From positions 9,494 to 73,493 of the forward strand of contig VRVR01000008.1 in NCBI GenBank assembly GCA_009859145.1: DNA of 64,000 bases. The letters run 5' to 3'. How positions within the stretch are numbered: the stretch's first letter is position 1; each line of letters begins with the position of its first letter. The stretch is from Andalucia godoyi And28 (lineage: Eukaryota; Protista; Jakobida). The position numbers were made by a program, and so were the translations under genes. Below are positions 40,888 through 52,290 of this stretch, one piece after another. The notes under the pieces are model-generated. The model worked only from the letters and a program-made list of their open reading frames with translations. It did no database searches and had not been told where the DNA came from.

Positions 40888-41958
40888 ATGTCTGGCTCGT
40901 CATCGTCTGTTGTGCAGTCTGCGGTGGCGTCGACGCCTGGCCAGCCGGCGTCTTCAGCGTCTACGAGCGGCGGTCAAGGAGTGACGACCCGCAAAGAAAT
41001 TTACGAGTACACAGCACCATGGCTTGTCTATGGAATGGCCTGGAGTTCGCGTCCTGACTTTCCATTCCGGCTTGCGATCGGGTCTTTTCTGGAAGAGTAC
41101 TCGAACCGCGTGGACATTATCTCACTGAACGACCGAACCTCGGAGTTTGAACGGAGGTTTTCGTTTGAGCATCCGTACCCAGCAACGCGTATTTTGTGGA
41201 TGCCGCAGAAGGAGCCGTCTGGAATTGATCTGCTTGGGTCTACGGGAGACTACATGCGGCTGTGGGAAGTTACGCCAGAGGGTGTTCAGATGAAGTGCTG
41301 CTTGAACAACAACAAGAATTCCGAGTTCTGTGCTCCGCTTACGTCGTTCGATTGGAATGAAACAGACAACCGCATTTTGGGTACATCCTCAATTGACACG
41401 ACGTGCACGATCTGGGATATTCAGACGGGAACGCCACGAACGCAGCTCATTGCACATGACAAGGAGGTGTATGATATTGCGTTTGCAAAGGGAACAGACG
41501 TGTTTGCGTCAGTTGGAGGTGATGGCTCGGTTCGAACGTTTGATTTGCGGTCCCTTGACCACTCTACAGTCATTTATGAGACGCCAAACTTGAAACCACT
41601 GCTCAGATTGTGCTGGAACAAACAAGACTCGAATTATCTGGCAACGGTTCCCATGGACTCTTCTCGGGTGATCATTCTCGATACGCGTGTTCCCTCCATC
41701 CCTGTTGCAGAACTCGACGGACACACCGCTTGTGTCAATGCCATTTCGTGGGCTCCACACTCGTCTTGCCACATTTGCACTGCCGGAGACGATGCGCAGG
41801 CGCTCATCTGGGATCTGTCGCACATGCCAAAGCCCATCGAAGATCCAATCCTTGCGTACAATGCAGAATGCGAGGTCAACAGCTTATCGTGGTCGTCGTT
41901 GCAGCCGGACTGGGTGTCGATTGCAGTTGGAAAGAAGATTCAGATTCTACGAGTCTAG
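40888..41958 (+). CDS. DCAF7: DCAF7/WDR68/AN11 WD40 protein
   Basis: FRLAIGSF.EEYSNRV, FEHPYPATRILW, EFCAPLTSFDWN, TQLIAHDKEVYDIAF, RTFDLRSLDHSTVIYE, WAPHSSCHICTAGDD. Confidence 0.96.
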   Translation: MSGSSSSVVQSAVASTPGQPASSASTSGGQGVTTRKEIYEYTAPWLVYGMAWSSRPDFPFRLAIGSFLEEYSNRVDIISLNDRTSEFERRFSFEHPYPATRILWMPQKEPSGIDLLGSTGDYMRLWEVTPEGVQMKCCLNNNKNSEFCAPLTSFDWNETDNRILGTSSIDTTCTIWDIQTGTPRTQLIAHDKEVYDIAFAKGTDVFASVGGDGSVRTFDLRSLDHSTVIYETPNLKPLLRLCWNKQDSNYLATVPMDSSRVIILDTRVPSIPVAELDGHTACVNAISWAPHSSCHICTAGDDAQALIWDLSHMPKPIEDPILAYNAECEVNSLSWSSLQPDWVSIAVGKKIQILRV

Positions 41959-42081
41959 TCATGTTGCTGCTCTTTCCTTCTGCCCCTTGCTTTCGAAAAA
42001 TGGGTACTGTGTATATTTTTTCCCCTTCCCCCTCACAAAAACGTCACTAAATCGAAGAAAGAAAGAAAGAAGAAAAATTGC

Positions 42082-42146
42082 TATTATTATTATAATTATT
42101 GTTGTTATTGTTATTGTTATTGTTATTGTTATTGTTATTGTTATTA
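42082..42146. repeat. ATT / ATTGTT simple repeat
   Basis: Read directly; between DCAF7 and Nar1. Confidence 0.9.
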
Positions 42147-42352
42147 ATCGGACTTCTCGAATCAACCAAAAATAATCGATTTCGCCAACGGGTTTTTCTT
42201 GCTACCTTGACGATACGCATAGACGGACGGACAGTACAGGGGAGTTTACATTCTAAGAGCGCAAATCTAGGTTACACCACGCCGACGTGGCACGCAATGC
42301 AATATACATGAAGAAGAAAGAGACAACGACGAAAAAGAAGTCGATGCGAAAA

Positions 42353-43739
42353 CTACCAACGAATTGCAAATGGATTCTTCAGCTTTTCAATAGCGTGGTA
42401 GCGAGTATGCAGCAGTCGGCGGTTTTGAGACGTGTTCGCAAACACGCTGCGGTACAACGAGTGAACCACGGCATTCTGATCGGGATCTCGATGATCAACA
42501 GACTGATACAACTCTTCCACACGCGCGAGGACATCCTGCGCGGTCTCGCCGGCAGCCGGCTTGCATTGACCGCCGCCATTCAAGCATCCTCCGGGACATG
42601 CCATGACTTCCACAAAATGAAATTCCGATTTGCCGCTCTTCACCCGTCGAACCAAATTCTGGATGTTTCTGAATCCGTTGGAAATACCAAATCGCAAGAC
42701 GCACTTCCCGTCAACGATCAACTCGGTTTCGCGAACATCGGGATTTCTGCCTTGCTTCCATGCAATTTGCTGCACATCGACTCCAAAGAGCTCTTTCGCA
42801 GCATGCCGGAAGATGAACTCCGCATATCCGCCAGACCCCGATCCGTGGTATCCGACAAGACGCCCCGATTCTGCGGACCGCGGAACGAAAGACAATACCA
42901 AGTCATCTGGGGAATGCTTACTGTCGAGTTCTTCAAACCGGATGTTTTGCTTCTGCAGCAACTCCAGAACTTCGCTTGCAGTAATCACGCAGTCAACATC
43001 CGGAACATTCCCTTCTTCATCTTGGAAGTCCGCGCGCGAAGCCTCCAATTTCTTGTCAAAACACGGCATCACGCAAACATGCACAATCTGCGACTTTTTC
43101 AAGCCGTGGTTCGCTCCCCACACTTCCTTGACCAGCGATCCCATAATTTGCTGGGGGCTCTTTGTGGTGGAAATGTACGGCAGCAAAAAGTCCGAATGGG
43201 TCTTTTCAGCAAAGCAAATCCACCCTGGACACGACGATGCAAGCATTGGTAAGGGCATTTCTGTGCTCCCCGAAACACGAAACCGGTCCACAAATTCAAG
43301 TGCAGCCTCCATCAGCGCAAGGTCCCTTGAAAACGTGGTGTCGGTGACCATCACGGCACCAAGTCTCGCAAAGAGGTCGTTGAGTTTTCTCTGTGTGGTT
43401 TCAATATCCGAGTGGAAGTGCGCCGCAATTGACGCCCGTGCCTGCGGAGAAACAGACACTACAAGTCTCCTGCACGCGCTGCCCCGTCCATTCTCGGAGA
43501 GCGAGAGCGGGGGCGACGGCAAGTCGCGACACTCCGCAGCCAATCGCAAGAATTCATCAACCGATTGTGCAGAAACAAGCAACGCCTCTGCAGATGTAAT
43601 GCATCCGGAGCATGCCAGGCAGTCCGTGAGCGAAATCGATGCCGTCTTCAACACCGAGGTCGATCCAGAGTCGTGTTTTTCCACAAGATGGCCCGAGTCA
43701 TCCAGCTCAATTAGTGCACTCTATCCAATCGCAATAACC

Positions 43740-43782
<43 letters not shown>

Positions 43783-43971
43783 AAAAAAGAAAGAAGAAGA
43801 AACCGTGAGTCATCTCGATGTTGGCGATGATGATGAGAATGATTCGTAAAAGGCAGAAGGAAAACATACTTTTTTCGTTCGCTCCATCACGGTTGGATTG
43901 ACGCAAGCAAGCGAAGGCCCGATAAAATCATCAAGACCCGTCAAGCGAAGAGCTCCTGAAAAGTGCTCCAT
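42353..43971 (-). CDS. NARFL: Cytosolic Fe-S assembly factor Nar1/CIAO3 (hydrogenase-like); exons 43971-43870 and 43720-42353
   Basis: Reconstructed N-terminus MEHFSGALRLTGLDDFIGPSLACVNP, then SISLTDCLACSGCITSAE, SSCPGWICFAEK, VMPCFDKKLEASR, EVMACPGGCLNGGGQ and LHTRYHA. Confidence 0.94.
43721..43869 (-). other. Intron in Nar1 gene containing a (GT)n microsatellite
   Basis: GTATGT donor, GATTGGATAG acceptor, phase 0; restores the conserved Nar1 N-terminus. Confidence 0.85.
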
Positions 43972-44600
43972 GTAGACAATCCAAACAATAAGGAAATCAA
44001 AACAACAACAACCAAATTAATTATTTAAAAAAGCCAGCTTAAAACACCAAGAAAAAAACAAAATAGTCATCAGAAATAGGGAAAAAGACAAAATATTGTG
44101 GGCCATTCTCCAGCTCATCGAGTCCAGGTTTTTTTTTTTTCCTCCTCAACAAAAAAGATCCGGCAGTATTAGGACAAACCTGAAGCGACTGTAAAAAAAA
44201 CACAATCCAGGATAAAAGTGTAAATTGAAAATACAAAAGAGGGACACCAAAACCAAAAGAGGGGCAGAGGAAATTGCCGAATGACTTTCGCTGGGACGCT
44301 GACAACTTCGTGTCGTGCTGTCAGTCCCTCTTTCCTCCTTACACTGTTCATGTCTTTTTTCTTTTCCTGATGGGACCCCCTTTTGTTTATCCCTTTTCAT
44401 TTTGGTTTTCCCGCTGGACTCTCTCATTCGATTTTTTGTTGACGTATTTATATATATACATATACTCTTCCCTTCCTCTTCTTTTTATCTTTAGGGGGTT
44501 ATAAATTTTCTTTCTTTCTTTCTTTCTTTCTTTCTTTTTTTCTTTCTTCTTCTTTGGCAGGTGGTGTGGGGTTAAGAAAAATCCGTTTCTGAAGGAACAG

Positions 44601-47600
44601 ATGTCGTCCAAGTTGTTTGCGGGTGGCACGGGAAAGGAAGAAGACATCAAGCGGCAGCTTGATTCGACTCTTCCTCGCGACAAGATCGATGGGATGAAGC
44701 GTCTGATTGCGTCGATATCGAAAGGCAGGGATGTTTCCGAGTTTTTCACAGATGTGGTGAAGAACGTGATTTCGGATTCTGTGGATCTGAAGAAGCTCGT
44801 GTACACGTACCTTTTGCACTATGCAGAGTCAAAGCCCGACGAAGCGCTGTTGTCAATCAATTCTTTCCAAAAGGATCTCTCGAATCGTAATCAGTACATT
44901 CGAGCAATGGCACTGCGAGTCATGTCGTCGATTCGGCTGCCGATGATTGCGCAGATTATCACGCTTGCAATTAAGAAGTGCGCCGGTGATGTGTCCCCGT
45001 ATGTGCGAAAGACTGCTGCCATGGCCATTCCCAAGGTTTTCCATCTTGATGCTGGCGAGCGAGAGGTTCTGACAGAAGTGATTGAAAACTTGCTTGGAGA
45101 TCCATCTCCAGTCGTGCTGGGGTCTGCCATGATTGCGTTCCAGGAAGTGTGCCCGGACAACTACAAGATCCTGCACAAGCACTATCGCAGGTTGTGCAGA
45201 ACACTCGTGGATGTGGACGAATGGGGCCAGATTGTGATCATCAACAACTTGCTGCGGTACGGACGAACACAGTTCTTGTCGCCGTTCAAAGGCGATAAGG
45301 CGTTCAAGAATCTGCAGGCTGCATTCTACTCGGACGAGGATGAGGATGCTTTCGAGCTGGACGATGAAAAACACAAGAGCAAGCTCAAGGACAAGGCAGA
45401 CAAAACCGGAGTCACAGACTACGACTTGGACAATGATCACAGATTGCTGCTTCGGTCCGCACAGCCGCTGCTGCAGTCACGAAACTCGGCAGTGGTGATG
45501 GCGGTCTCGTCTTTGTTCTATCACCTGGCTCCTCCTCTGGAACTCTCCAAGGTTGCGAAGGCACTTGTGCGTTTGCTGCGCAACCACCGCGAAATTCAGT
45601 ACGTCGTGTTGCAGAATATTGCCGCCATGGCTTCCGAGCGACCAGCGCTGTTCCAACCGTACATGAAAGAGTTCTTTGTTGGTGGCACGGATTTGCCGTC
45701 GGTGGCGCTCTTCAAGGTCGCGATTCTTACAAGGCTTGCAGACAACTCCAATGTCATGACAATTTTGAAGGAGTTCCAGCAGTACATCAAGATGGTGGAC
45801 GAAAAGCAAATCTTCGTGCGTGCCGTTGTCCAAGCGATTGGAAAGATTGCGGCCACAATCCAGGACGTTTGCGACACTTGCTTGTCGGGTCTCGTTGGCT
45901 TGTTGCACCACAAGAATGAACTCATTGCGTCGGAAGCTGTGGTTGTTATTCGATTCTTGTTGCAGACGTACCCACAGGAACACAAGAAGGTTGTGGTCAA
46001 GCTCATCAAGTTGCTGGATACGATCACAGACCCTGCGGCCCGTGCATCGATTGTGTGGGCTGTTGGCGAGTATGCCGTGAACATCCCGCATCTGGCAGCG
46101 GATGTTGTGCGCCGGCTTGCAGTGTCGTTCATCAAAGACCCGCTTATTGTCAAGAAGCAATCCGTGATTTTGGCATCCAAATTGTTAGTTGTGTCCACAA
46201 CCTCGTCCGTGATCAAGGAAGCAAAGCTCAAAGAAAAGATCCGTGAAATGTTCGAGTATATTCTTCAGCTTGCAAAGTACGACGAGTCGTACGAAATCCG
46301 AGACCGTGCGCGAGTGCTCCGTGTCTTGTTGCTCTCTTCGGATTCCACCACGCATTTGGGAAAGTTCCGCAAGTCCATTTTCACAGAGTCGAAGCCAACC
46401 CCTTCGCTGGATATAAGCGCTGCATCCTCCATTGATCCGTCGCGTTTTGCGATTGGGTCGCTCTCCATGCTGGTTGGGCATTTCTGCGCATCGTACATGC
46501 GTCTTTCAGATTTTCCTGAAGAGATGCCGGATCCTTCTGTTCGCGATGTCCATGAGGCTGTTACTGCTCTCCCAGAAGACATCAAGAAGGCTGCGAAGAA
46601 GGCTGCGAAGAAACAAAAGAAGATTACCAATCTTGACGAGTTCTATGCGTCCTCTTCAGAGGAGGAGTCTGGTTCTGGGGATTCCGACGAGTCCGACGAG
46701 TCGGTGGATATCTTCTACGGAGACAAGAAGAAGAAGAAGGGCAAGGGCCGACGCCGCGATGCAAGCGACGAATCTGATTCCGATGAAGACTCTGATGAGG
46801 CCACGTCGACAGAAGAGGAGGAAAGTTCCGAAGAATCTGCTTCCGACGAGGAGTCTGAATCCGAGGAAACCTCTTCTGAAGAAGAAGAAGAGAGCGAGGA
46901 GGAATCGTCTTCGGAAGCGGAATCTTCGGACTCCGAGGATGAGAAGAGGAGACGAAAGGCTGTGCGTGAGGCACAGGAGGCAAAGAAGAAGCAGCCTCAT
47001 CATTCCCAGGCGCAGGCAGCCGTGAACATGGATCAGCTGCTCGGATTCGGCTCCCCTGGCACTCTGGAGCAGTCGTTTGGAGCTCTGTCACTTCAGCCGG
47101 AGACTTCTTCGGACGCAGTTGTCGAATCGTTTACTGTTCCTGTTGCTACTTCCGAAAAGATCCAACTCTTGAAAGCGTCTTCTGGTGGTGGATTGTCCGT
47201 GTCGGCCTCCTTCACTCGTGACATGTCGACATATGGTGTTGAATTCAACCGGATTGTGCTGTCTTTGACGAACGAGTCAAACGATGCATTGACCGGCATC
47301 CATGTCGGGAAAATGCGCCTTCCTCAGGGTGCTACGTTGCATCCGTTTTCCGAGATCTCGACTCTCAGTCCCGGTAAATCTGTGGAGGCATCGCTCAATA
47401 TTGACTTCTCCAACAAGACTGCACCTGCCAGATTCAACATCGTGACGAACAAGGGCGATTTTCAGTGTTCTATCACCGCGTCAGCAGGCGAATTGATTCG
47501 ACCTGCTTCCTTGTCAAATGCACAATTCCTTTCCGAGCAGTCGAAGTTGGGCGGAATGAACGAGAAGAAGTGGACTGTCGAGTGGGATGAAGATGAATCC

Positions 47601-47840
47601 GCTGTTCCAAAGGCGGTGTCGAAGATTGTCGCGCTGGGTCCGGTGAGCAAGAGCTCGAGTGATAATGATGAGACGACATTCCGGTTTGCCGGAAAGCTTA
47701 TGGCGTCTCCAGAAGTTCTTGTGTTGCTCACTATTGTTATCGCGGATGATGTTGCAAAGATTACTCTGAACTGCGAAGATGGAATTATTGCCGAGGCTCT
47801 TGTTCAAGACCTCAAGAATGGGCTGTCTCGTTCGGAATAA
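44601..47840 (+). CDS. AP3B: AP-3 adaptor complex beta subunit
   Basis: KKLVYTYLLHYAESKPDEALLSINSFQKDL, YVRKTAAMAIPK, DVDEWGQIVII, DHRLLLRSAQPLLQSRNSAVVMAV, YEIRDRAR, long acidic Ser-rich hinge and C-terminal ear. Confidence 0.94.
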   Translation: MSSKLFAGGTGKEEDIKRQLDSTLPRDKIDGMKRLIASISKGRDVSEFFTDVVKNVISDSVDLKKLVYTYLLHYAESKPDEALLSINSFQKDLSNRNQYIRAMALRVMSSIRLPMIAQIITLAIKKCAGDVSPYVRKTAAMAIPKVFHLDAGEREVLTEVIENLLGDPSPVVLGSAMIAFQEVCPDNYKILHKHYRRLCRTLVDVDEWGQIVIINNLLRYGRTQFLSPFKGDKAFKNLQAAFYSDEDEDAFELDDEKHKSKLKDKADKTGVTDYDLDNDHRLLLRSAQPLLQSRNSAVVMAVSSLFYHLAPPLELSKVAKALVRLLRNHREIQYVVLQNIAAMASERPALFQPYMKEFFVGGTDLPSVALFKVAILTRLADNSNVMTILKEFQQYIKMVDEKQIFVRAVVQAIGKIAATIQDVCDTCLSGLVGLLHHKNELIASEAVVVIRFLLQTYPQEHKKVVVKLIKLLDTITDPAARASIVWAVGEYAVNIPHLAADVVRRLAVSFIKDPLIVKKQSVILASKLLVVSTTSSVIKEAKLKEKIREMFEYILQLAKYDESYEIRDRARVLRVLLLSSDSTTHLGKFRKSIFTESKPTPSLDISAASSIDPSRFAIGSLSMLVGHFCASYMRLSDFPEEMPDPSVRDVHEAVTALPEDIKKAAKKAAKKQKKITNLDEFYASSSEEESGSGDSDESDESVDIFYGDKKKKKGKGRRRDASDESDSDEDSDEATSTEEEESSEESASDEESESEETSSEEEEESEEESSSEAESSDSEDEKRRRKAVREAQEAKKKQPHHSQAQAAVNMDQLLGFGSPGTLEQSFGALSLQPETSSDAVVESFTVPVATSEKIQLLKASSGGGLSVSASFTRDMSTYGVEFNRIVLSLTNESNDALTGIHVGKMRLPQGATLHPFSEISTLSPGKSVEASLNIDFSNKTAPARFNIVTNKGDFQCSITASAGELIRPASLSNAQFLSEQSKLGGMNEKKWTVEWDEDESAVPKAVSKIVALGPVSKSSSDNDETTFRFAGKLMASPEVLVLLTIVIADDVAKITLNCEDGIIAEALVQDLKNGLSRSE

Positions 47841-47880
47841 TGTCATCTTCTCTAGTATTTTCCCTTTTGTCGTTTCCCTC

Positions 47881-48031
<151 letters not shown>

Positions 48032-48252
48032 CTTTCTTTCTTTCATTCATTCATTCGCCCATGTTTTCGTTCATTTTTCCATTTTTTCTTCTTTTTTGTT
48101 CCCTTCATTTCTTAATAAAACCGACATCAGCATTCTTTTTGTCGATGACTTTCTTCTCGTTGGGATTGCTCCGGACGTAGAAACAGACTTGCATTGTCCC
48201 CTTCCTTCATTTTATTTTCTGTTCGGACTGGTTTACCCTGAACTATGCGAAG

Positions 48253-49278
48253 CTACTGCTTCTTGGACGACTGCTCTCGTTCCTGCTCATTCTTGCTGCC
48301 GCTAAAAGAGGGCATCGACTCGACAAGCTCCTGGATGCTCGTCTTTGCGTCTTCGAGAGCACGCTCATAATCAAGTCCATACTCCCGGACAAACTGCGCA
48401 CCAATGACCGAGCTTCCCAAGCCAGCACCAACCAGCGCAGCGCCCGTCGCACTTCGGATGCCCGCAGACGACTTGTAGAAGGCTCCCGCCGCCGCAGCCC
48501 CTATTACGGTATTCCACCCGTCCTCGCGATCTCTGACGTACGACCCAGCCCACTCAAACATGCAAAACAAGAATGACACCACACCAAGGGCATTCGCAGC
48601 TCGAGGGCCGCGTCTGGACGATGCATTCAGAATCGAGTTTAGCCACAACCTTGCATTGTCCTTTTGTCCCAAGAAAACACCTTCCAAAAGACCAAACCCA
48701 CCGCCCACAGCAAGTCCTGCAAGATACGAAATACCAACGCGGTACGTAATCTTGTCGAAATTTCCTCCTCCAGAGTCCAGATCAATGAACTCTGCTTGCC
48801 TGGGCGAATAAACACCCAAAGCAGGCGCGACTGCCGCTGCACGAATTCCGCCCGCTGCAGCCAACGGGTCCGCATACACATTATGTCTCTTTGCTGCATC
48901 GCTGGAAGCAGTCGCTGTCGTTTGGGACGGCGGCATGATGGGCGTCTTTGACGATGATGATGATGAAGATGAAAGTGGTGAAGAAGATGGAGGAGACGAA
49001 GCTGTTGAGGAAGAAACAGAGGATGGAAGAGTGTCCGGCTTGGAAGCAGACGAAGACCCGAAAATGTTCCACGAAGATTGCTGCTTTACTGCCACGTCAT
49101 GATGGGCAGCCGGCAAAACAGAAGACGACGACTTTGAAGATGCAGACGCGGATGGTTGCGACGATTCCTGAGCGTCAAACGTAAACGTCTTTTCTTGCTT
49201 TTGGTTGTCTGCTGCTGCAGTTGAACCAGAAGCAGTGCTTTGGGGGGGAGCAGGCGAGCTTGACGAAAACCACCCCAT
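48253..49278 (-). CDS. TIM23: Mitochondrial translocase Tim23-like (Tim17/22/23 family) with long Ser-rich N-terminus
   Basis: YRVGISYLAGLAVGGGFG, LWLNSILNASSRRG..AANALGV, RDREDGWNTVIGAAAAGAFYKS (PRAT motif). Confidence 0.85.
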   Translation of the reverse strand: MGWFSSSSPAPPQSTASGSTAAADNQKQEKTFTFDAQESSQPSASASSKSSSSVLPAAHHDVAVKQQSSWNIFGSSSASKPDTLPSSVSSSTASSPPSSSPLSSSSSSSSKTPIMPPSQTTATASSDAAKRHNVYADPLAAAGGIRAAAVAPALGVYSPRQAEFIDLDSGGGNFDKITYRVGISYLAGLAVGGGFGLLEGVFLGQKDNARLWLNSILNASSRRGPRAANALGVVSFLFCMFEWAGSYVRDREDGWNTVIGAAAAGAFYKSSAGIRSATGAALVGAGLGSSVIGAQFVREYGLDYERALEDAKTSIQELVESMPSFSGSKNEQEREQSSKKQ

Positions 49279-49888
49279 TCCTATTTAAACCTACAGTCTT
49301 AATTTGCTCTTTCTTAATTTAAAACAACAGAAAAGAAACTGAAAAATGAAAAATGGAAAATGGAAAATGAAAATAAATGCGGAAAGAAAAAGAAGCGATG
49401 AAATAACAAAAACTAGTTTTTGCAACTCAGGAAAGAAGAAGGAAAGCCAAGAAAACGAAACGACGATAAGAAAGAAAACTAACATTCGCTTTCAAATCGT
49501 TCAACGCAAACTTGAGCAATACATTTAAAAAAGGAACCCCTGCTGTCTTTAATATTGTTTTTTTACAGCCGGTATTCCAACTCGTCCTCTGGAAACAAAA
49601 ACGAGAGAAAGGTGGGCTTGATGCTTGAAGGCTGCAACAACTGCCTAATGAAAAAACAGGTTTCGCGCATACGAATTCTTCCCCAGAATGATTCCCCCAT
49701 TCATATGGGAAAAATCCCCCCCATTTTAATTATGTATATATACATATAAATATACATATGCATATACATCTCTAAATATCCTTCCTTCATATTCCTATAC
49801 ATTTTATCTTTTTTTTAAACTAAGTTTTCCCGTTTCGTCCTCCTCGTGCGTGCATTGTGCTGACTTTTCTTTGCTCGGGATTGGAAGA

Positions 49889-52254
49889 ATGACGACTTCT
49901 CAACCGGCTCTGAGCAGTCCTATTCTGCAGTTTTTCTGGGATTTAGCCGTCCCGGAAGTTGAAAAACGTGTGGCTGCAGCCTCGGATCTCGTTGTGTTCC
50001 TTGGGGAACAGGCTAAATTTGCGCGACCAAACCATCCGGTCTTCCCAGATCTCGAGTATTCTCTAAAGCGACTCGTTAGAGGTCTTGCTTCACCAAGACA
50101 AGCCGCCCGTCAAGGGTTCGCACTTGCATTGGCAGAGGTGCTGTCTGCTTTCCCCCAAGTTTCCATTGGTGATCTGCGTAGCATGATGAAAAAGGAGTTT
50201 GTTGTTACGGGATCTATGAAGGGACAAGAAGAAAGAGATGTTTTGCTCGGAAAGGTGTTTGCAGTAGGTGCACTGGCGCGTTCTGGAAGACTTTTTGGAG
50301 AAGGATGCAGCAACATCCAATGGCCTGTTGTGACAGAGTTGCTCCAGGAATTGATGGAAATCGCCTCAGAAAAGGTGGTGCTTAGACATGTTACATATGA
50401 AGTGATTGCAGAGTTGCTGACACCGGTTGTGCAGCATGCCGCGTTTGAGGAGAAACTCTGGCCAGTGGTGCTGTCCACAGTGATTGGAGCAGAAGCATCG
50501 CAGTGGACGGTGGATTCTCTGAATTTGGCGCTCGCCCTTGAGCAAGTGTGGAACAAGAAGCATCCAAATGGCCCCACGATGGCGTCGCAAGTCCATGGAT
50601 TTGCCTCGGGAACCTCTTTGCTTGATCCCGAAAACATGAAGTTGTACGTCCCAGTGCTTCGCGAATCGCACATTTTCATGCATCCTAATATCCATCCTGT
50701 ATGGTACCGACTTGTAGACTTGGTGCTCGATGCATCTGCTACGTCTGTGGACACGCTCGCATCCTTCTGGACCGACGTCATCGATGCCCATTTCTTCACG
50801 ACGACCCATGAAAGAAAGTTTCTGGGATTCCAGATTTTTGACCTGTTGGTGGACAAGCTGACAGTGGAACAGATCACTGTGGTTATGTCCAACAATATGT
50901 TGCATTGTCTTGCTACCAATTTTTCCATGAAGAAGAACACGCTGCACGAGGTCGCCGTCTCCACCATGCACGTTTTGGAGCAGCTTGCTCAAAAGGATGT
51001 TTCCATGCGAATTGCAGTTCTTGGTCAACTGATGGTTCACAGAAAGGCTGCCATCTTTTTTAGACAAAACTTCTTGAAGAAATTCATGGAAGAAATAAGA
51101 AAGTCTGGCCTTTCGCAGTACATCGATTATTTGACCAAGCTGTTCTACTCTATCATCGATGAGCTGCAATCGAGTCAAGAAAAATCCAACGGAGCTGCCG
51201 TTGATGATGAGGAGAGGAAGTGGAGGAATCAACGACTGGTGTGGACTGTTGACCAATTTTACGCCGTTTTGAAATCGGATGTCGGGTTGCGCAAGGAAAA
51301 GCTTCTCGAGTCCAAGGGAAAGCAATCCGACGAAGAGGAAGACGATTCGGCTGTAGAGGCCGAGGTCGTTCTGACGGCAGAACAGTTGGAGAATGTGAAG
51401 CGTGTTTTGCGATTCCTGTCAACCGTGTCCTTCTTTGCAGCTTCTGACCTCCAGCCTGAAACAGCGTCCGCGGTTCCGAAGCTTCAGAATGGAAAGAAAT
51501 CGAAGAAGAATGCTGTCGCCCTCGTTCACGAAGCAATCCGGGCTCCGCGAGCGGACGTTTTACCACCGTACGTCATGGACCTGATGAGAAAACGTGTTGG
51601 CCACTTGCTGCTCGAGCATAAGAGAGAAAACTTGATTGAGGTCGTTGCTCTGCACATCCAAGAGTTGCTTGTTGATCCAAAGTACACTCCATTGTTCTCA
51701 ACTGCCGAAGAAGATGTATCGGCTCGCAAGACGCTGTTGGACCTTTCGAATCGCTCCCAGAAGGCAGAGGATGATACTGCCAAGGCGTTTGGACGGCTGG
51801 CGCAATTTTTGTTTCTTGACTCTCTTGTGGATCCGTCGGGGCTGCAAGAGTTTGTGGCTGATTTGGAGGCATGCTTCGGGAAGCTGTTTTCCCCGAAGAG
51901 CGTTTCTGAGTCCGCAAAGATCAATGGGAAGCCACAGCCGAAGAAGTCTTCCAAAATGGACGATTCCAAGGATGGGGTTGAAGTTCCTGCTAATGCAAAG
52001 GAGGAAAACCCCATGGATGTTTTCTTGGATCTGTTGCTTGCGATCTTGCATCGACCGAATCACATGCTTCGTGAGGTAATCAAGCAAGTCTTTACCGCTT
52101 TCGCCAGTCGTGTCACCAAAGAGGGTGCCCGCATGTTGATTGATGTTGTCACGGATATTAATCTTGCGCAGGTCGAGGCAGCTGAGGATGATGAGGACGG
52201 CATGCCCATTGATTCTAGCGAGCTCGAGAATGTGGAAGAATCAGGTGATGATGA

Positions 52255-52290
<36 letters not shown>

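Noticed and set aside
43841-43856. U5 snRNA loop-I-like GCCTTTTAC on the minus strand
   Set aside because: Lies inside the Nar1 intron, has only a 3-bp flanking stem and no Sm site; coincidence.
42353-43971. Possible true [FeFe]-hydrogenase indicating anaerobiosis
   Set aside because: Nar1-specific N-terminus and no mitochondrial presequence; PEX6, TMEM242 and OXLD1 point to an aerobe.
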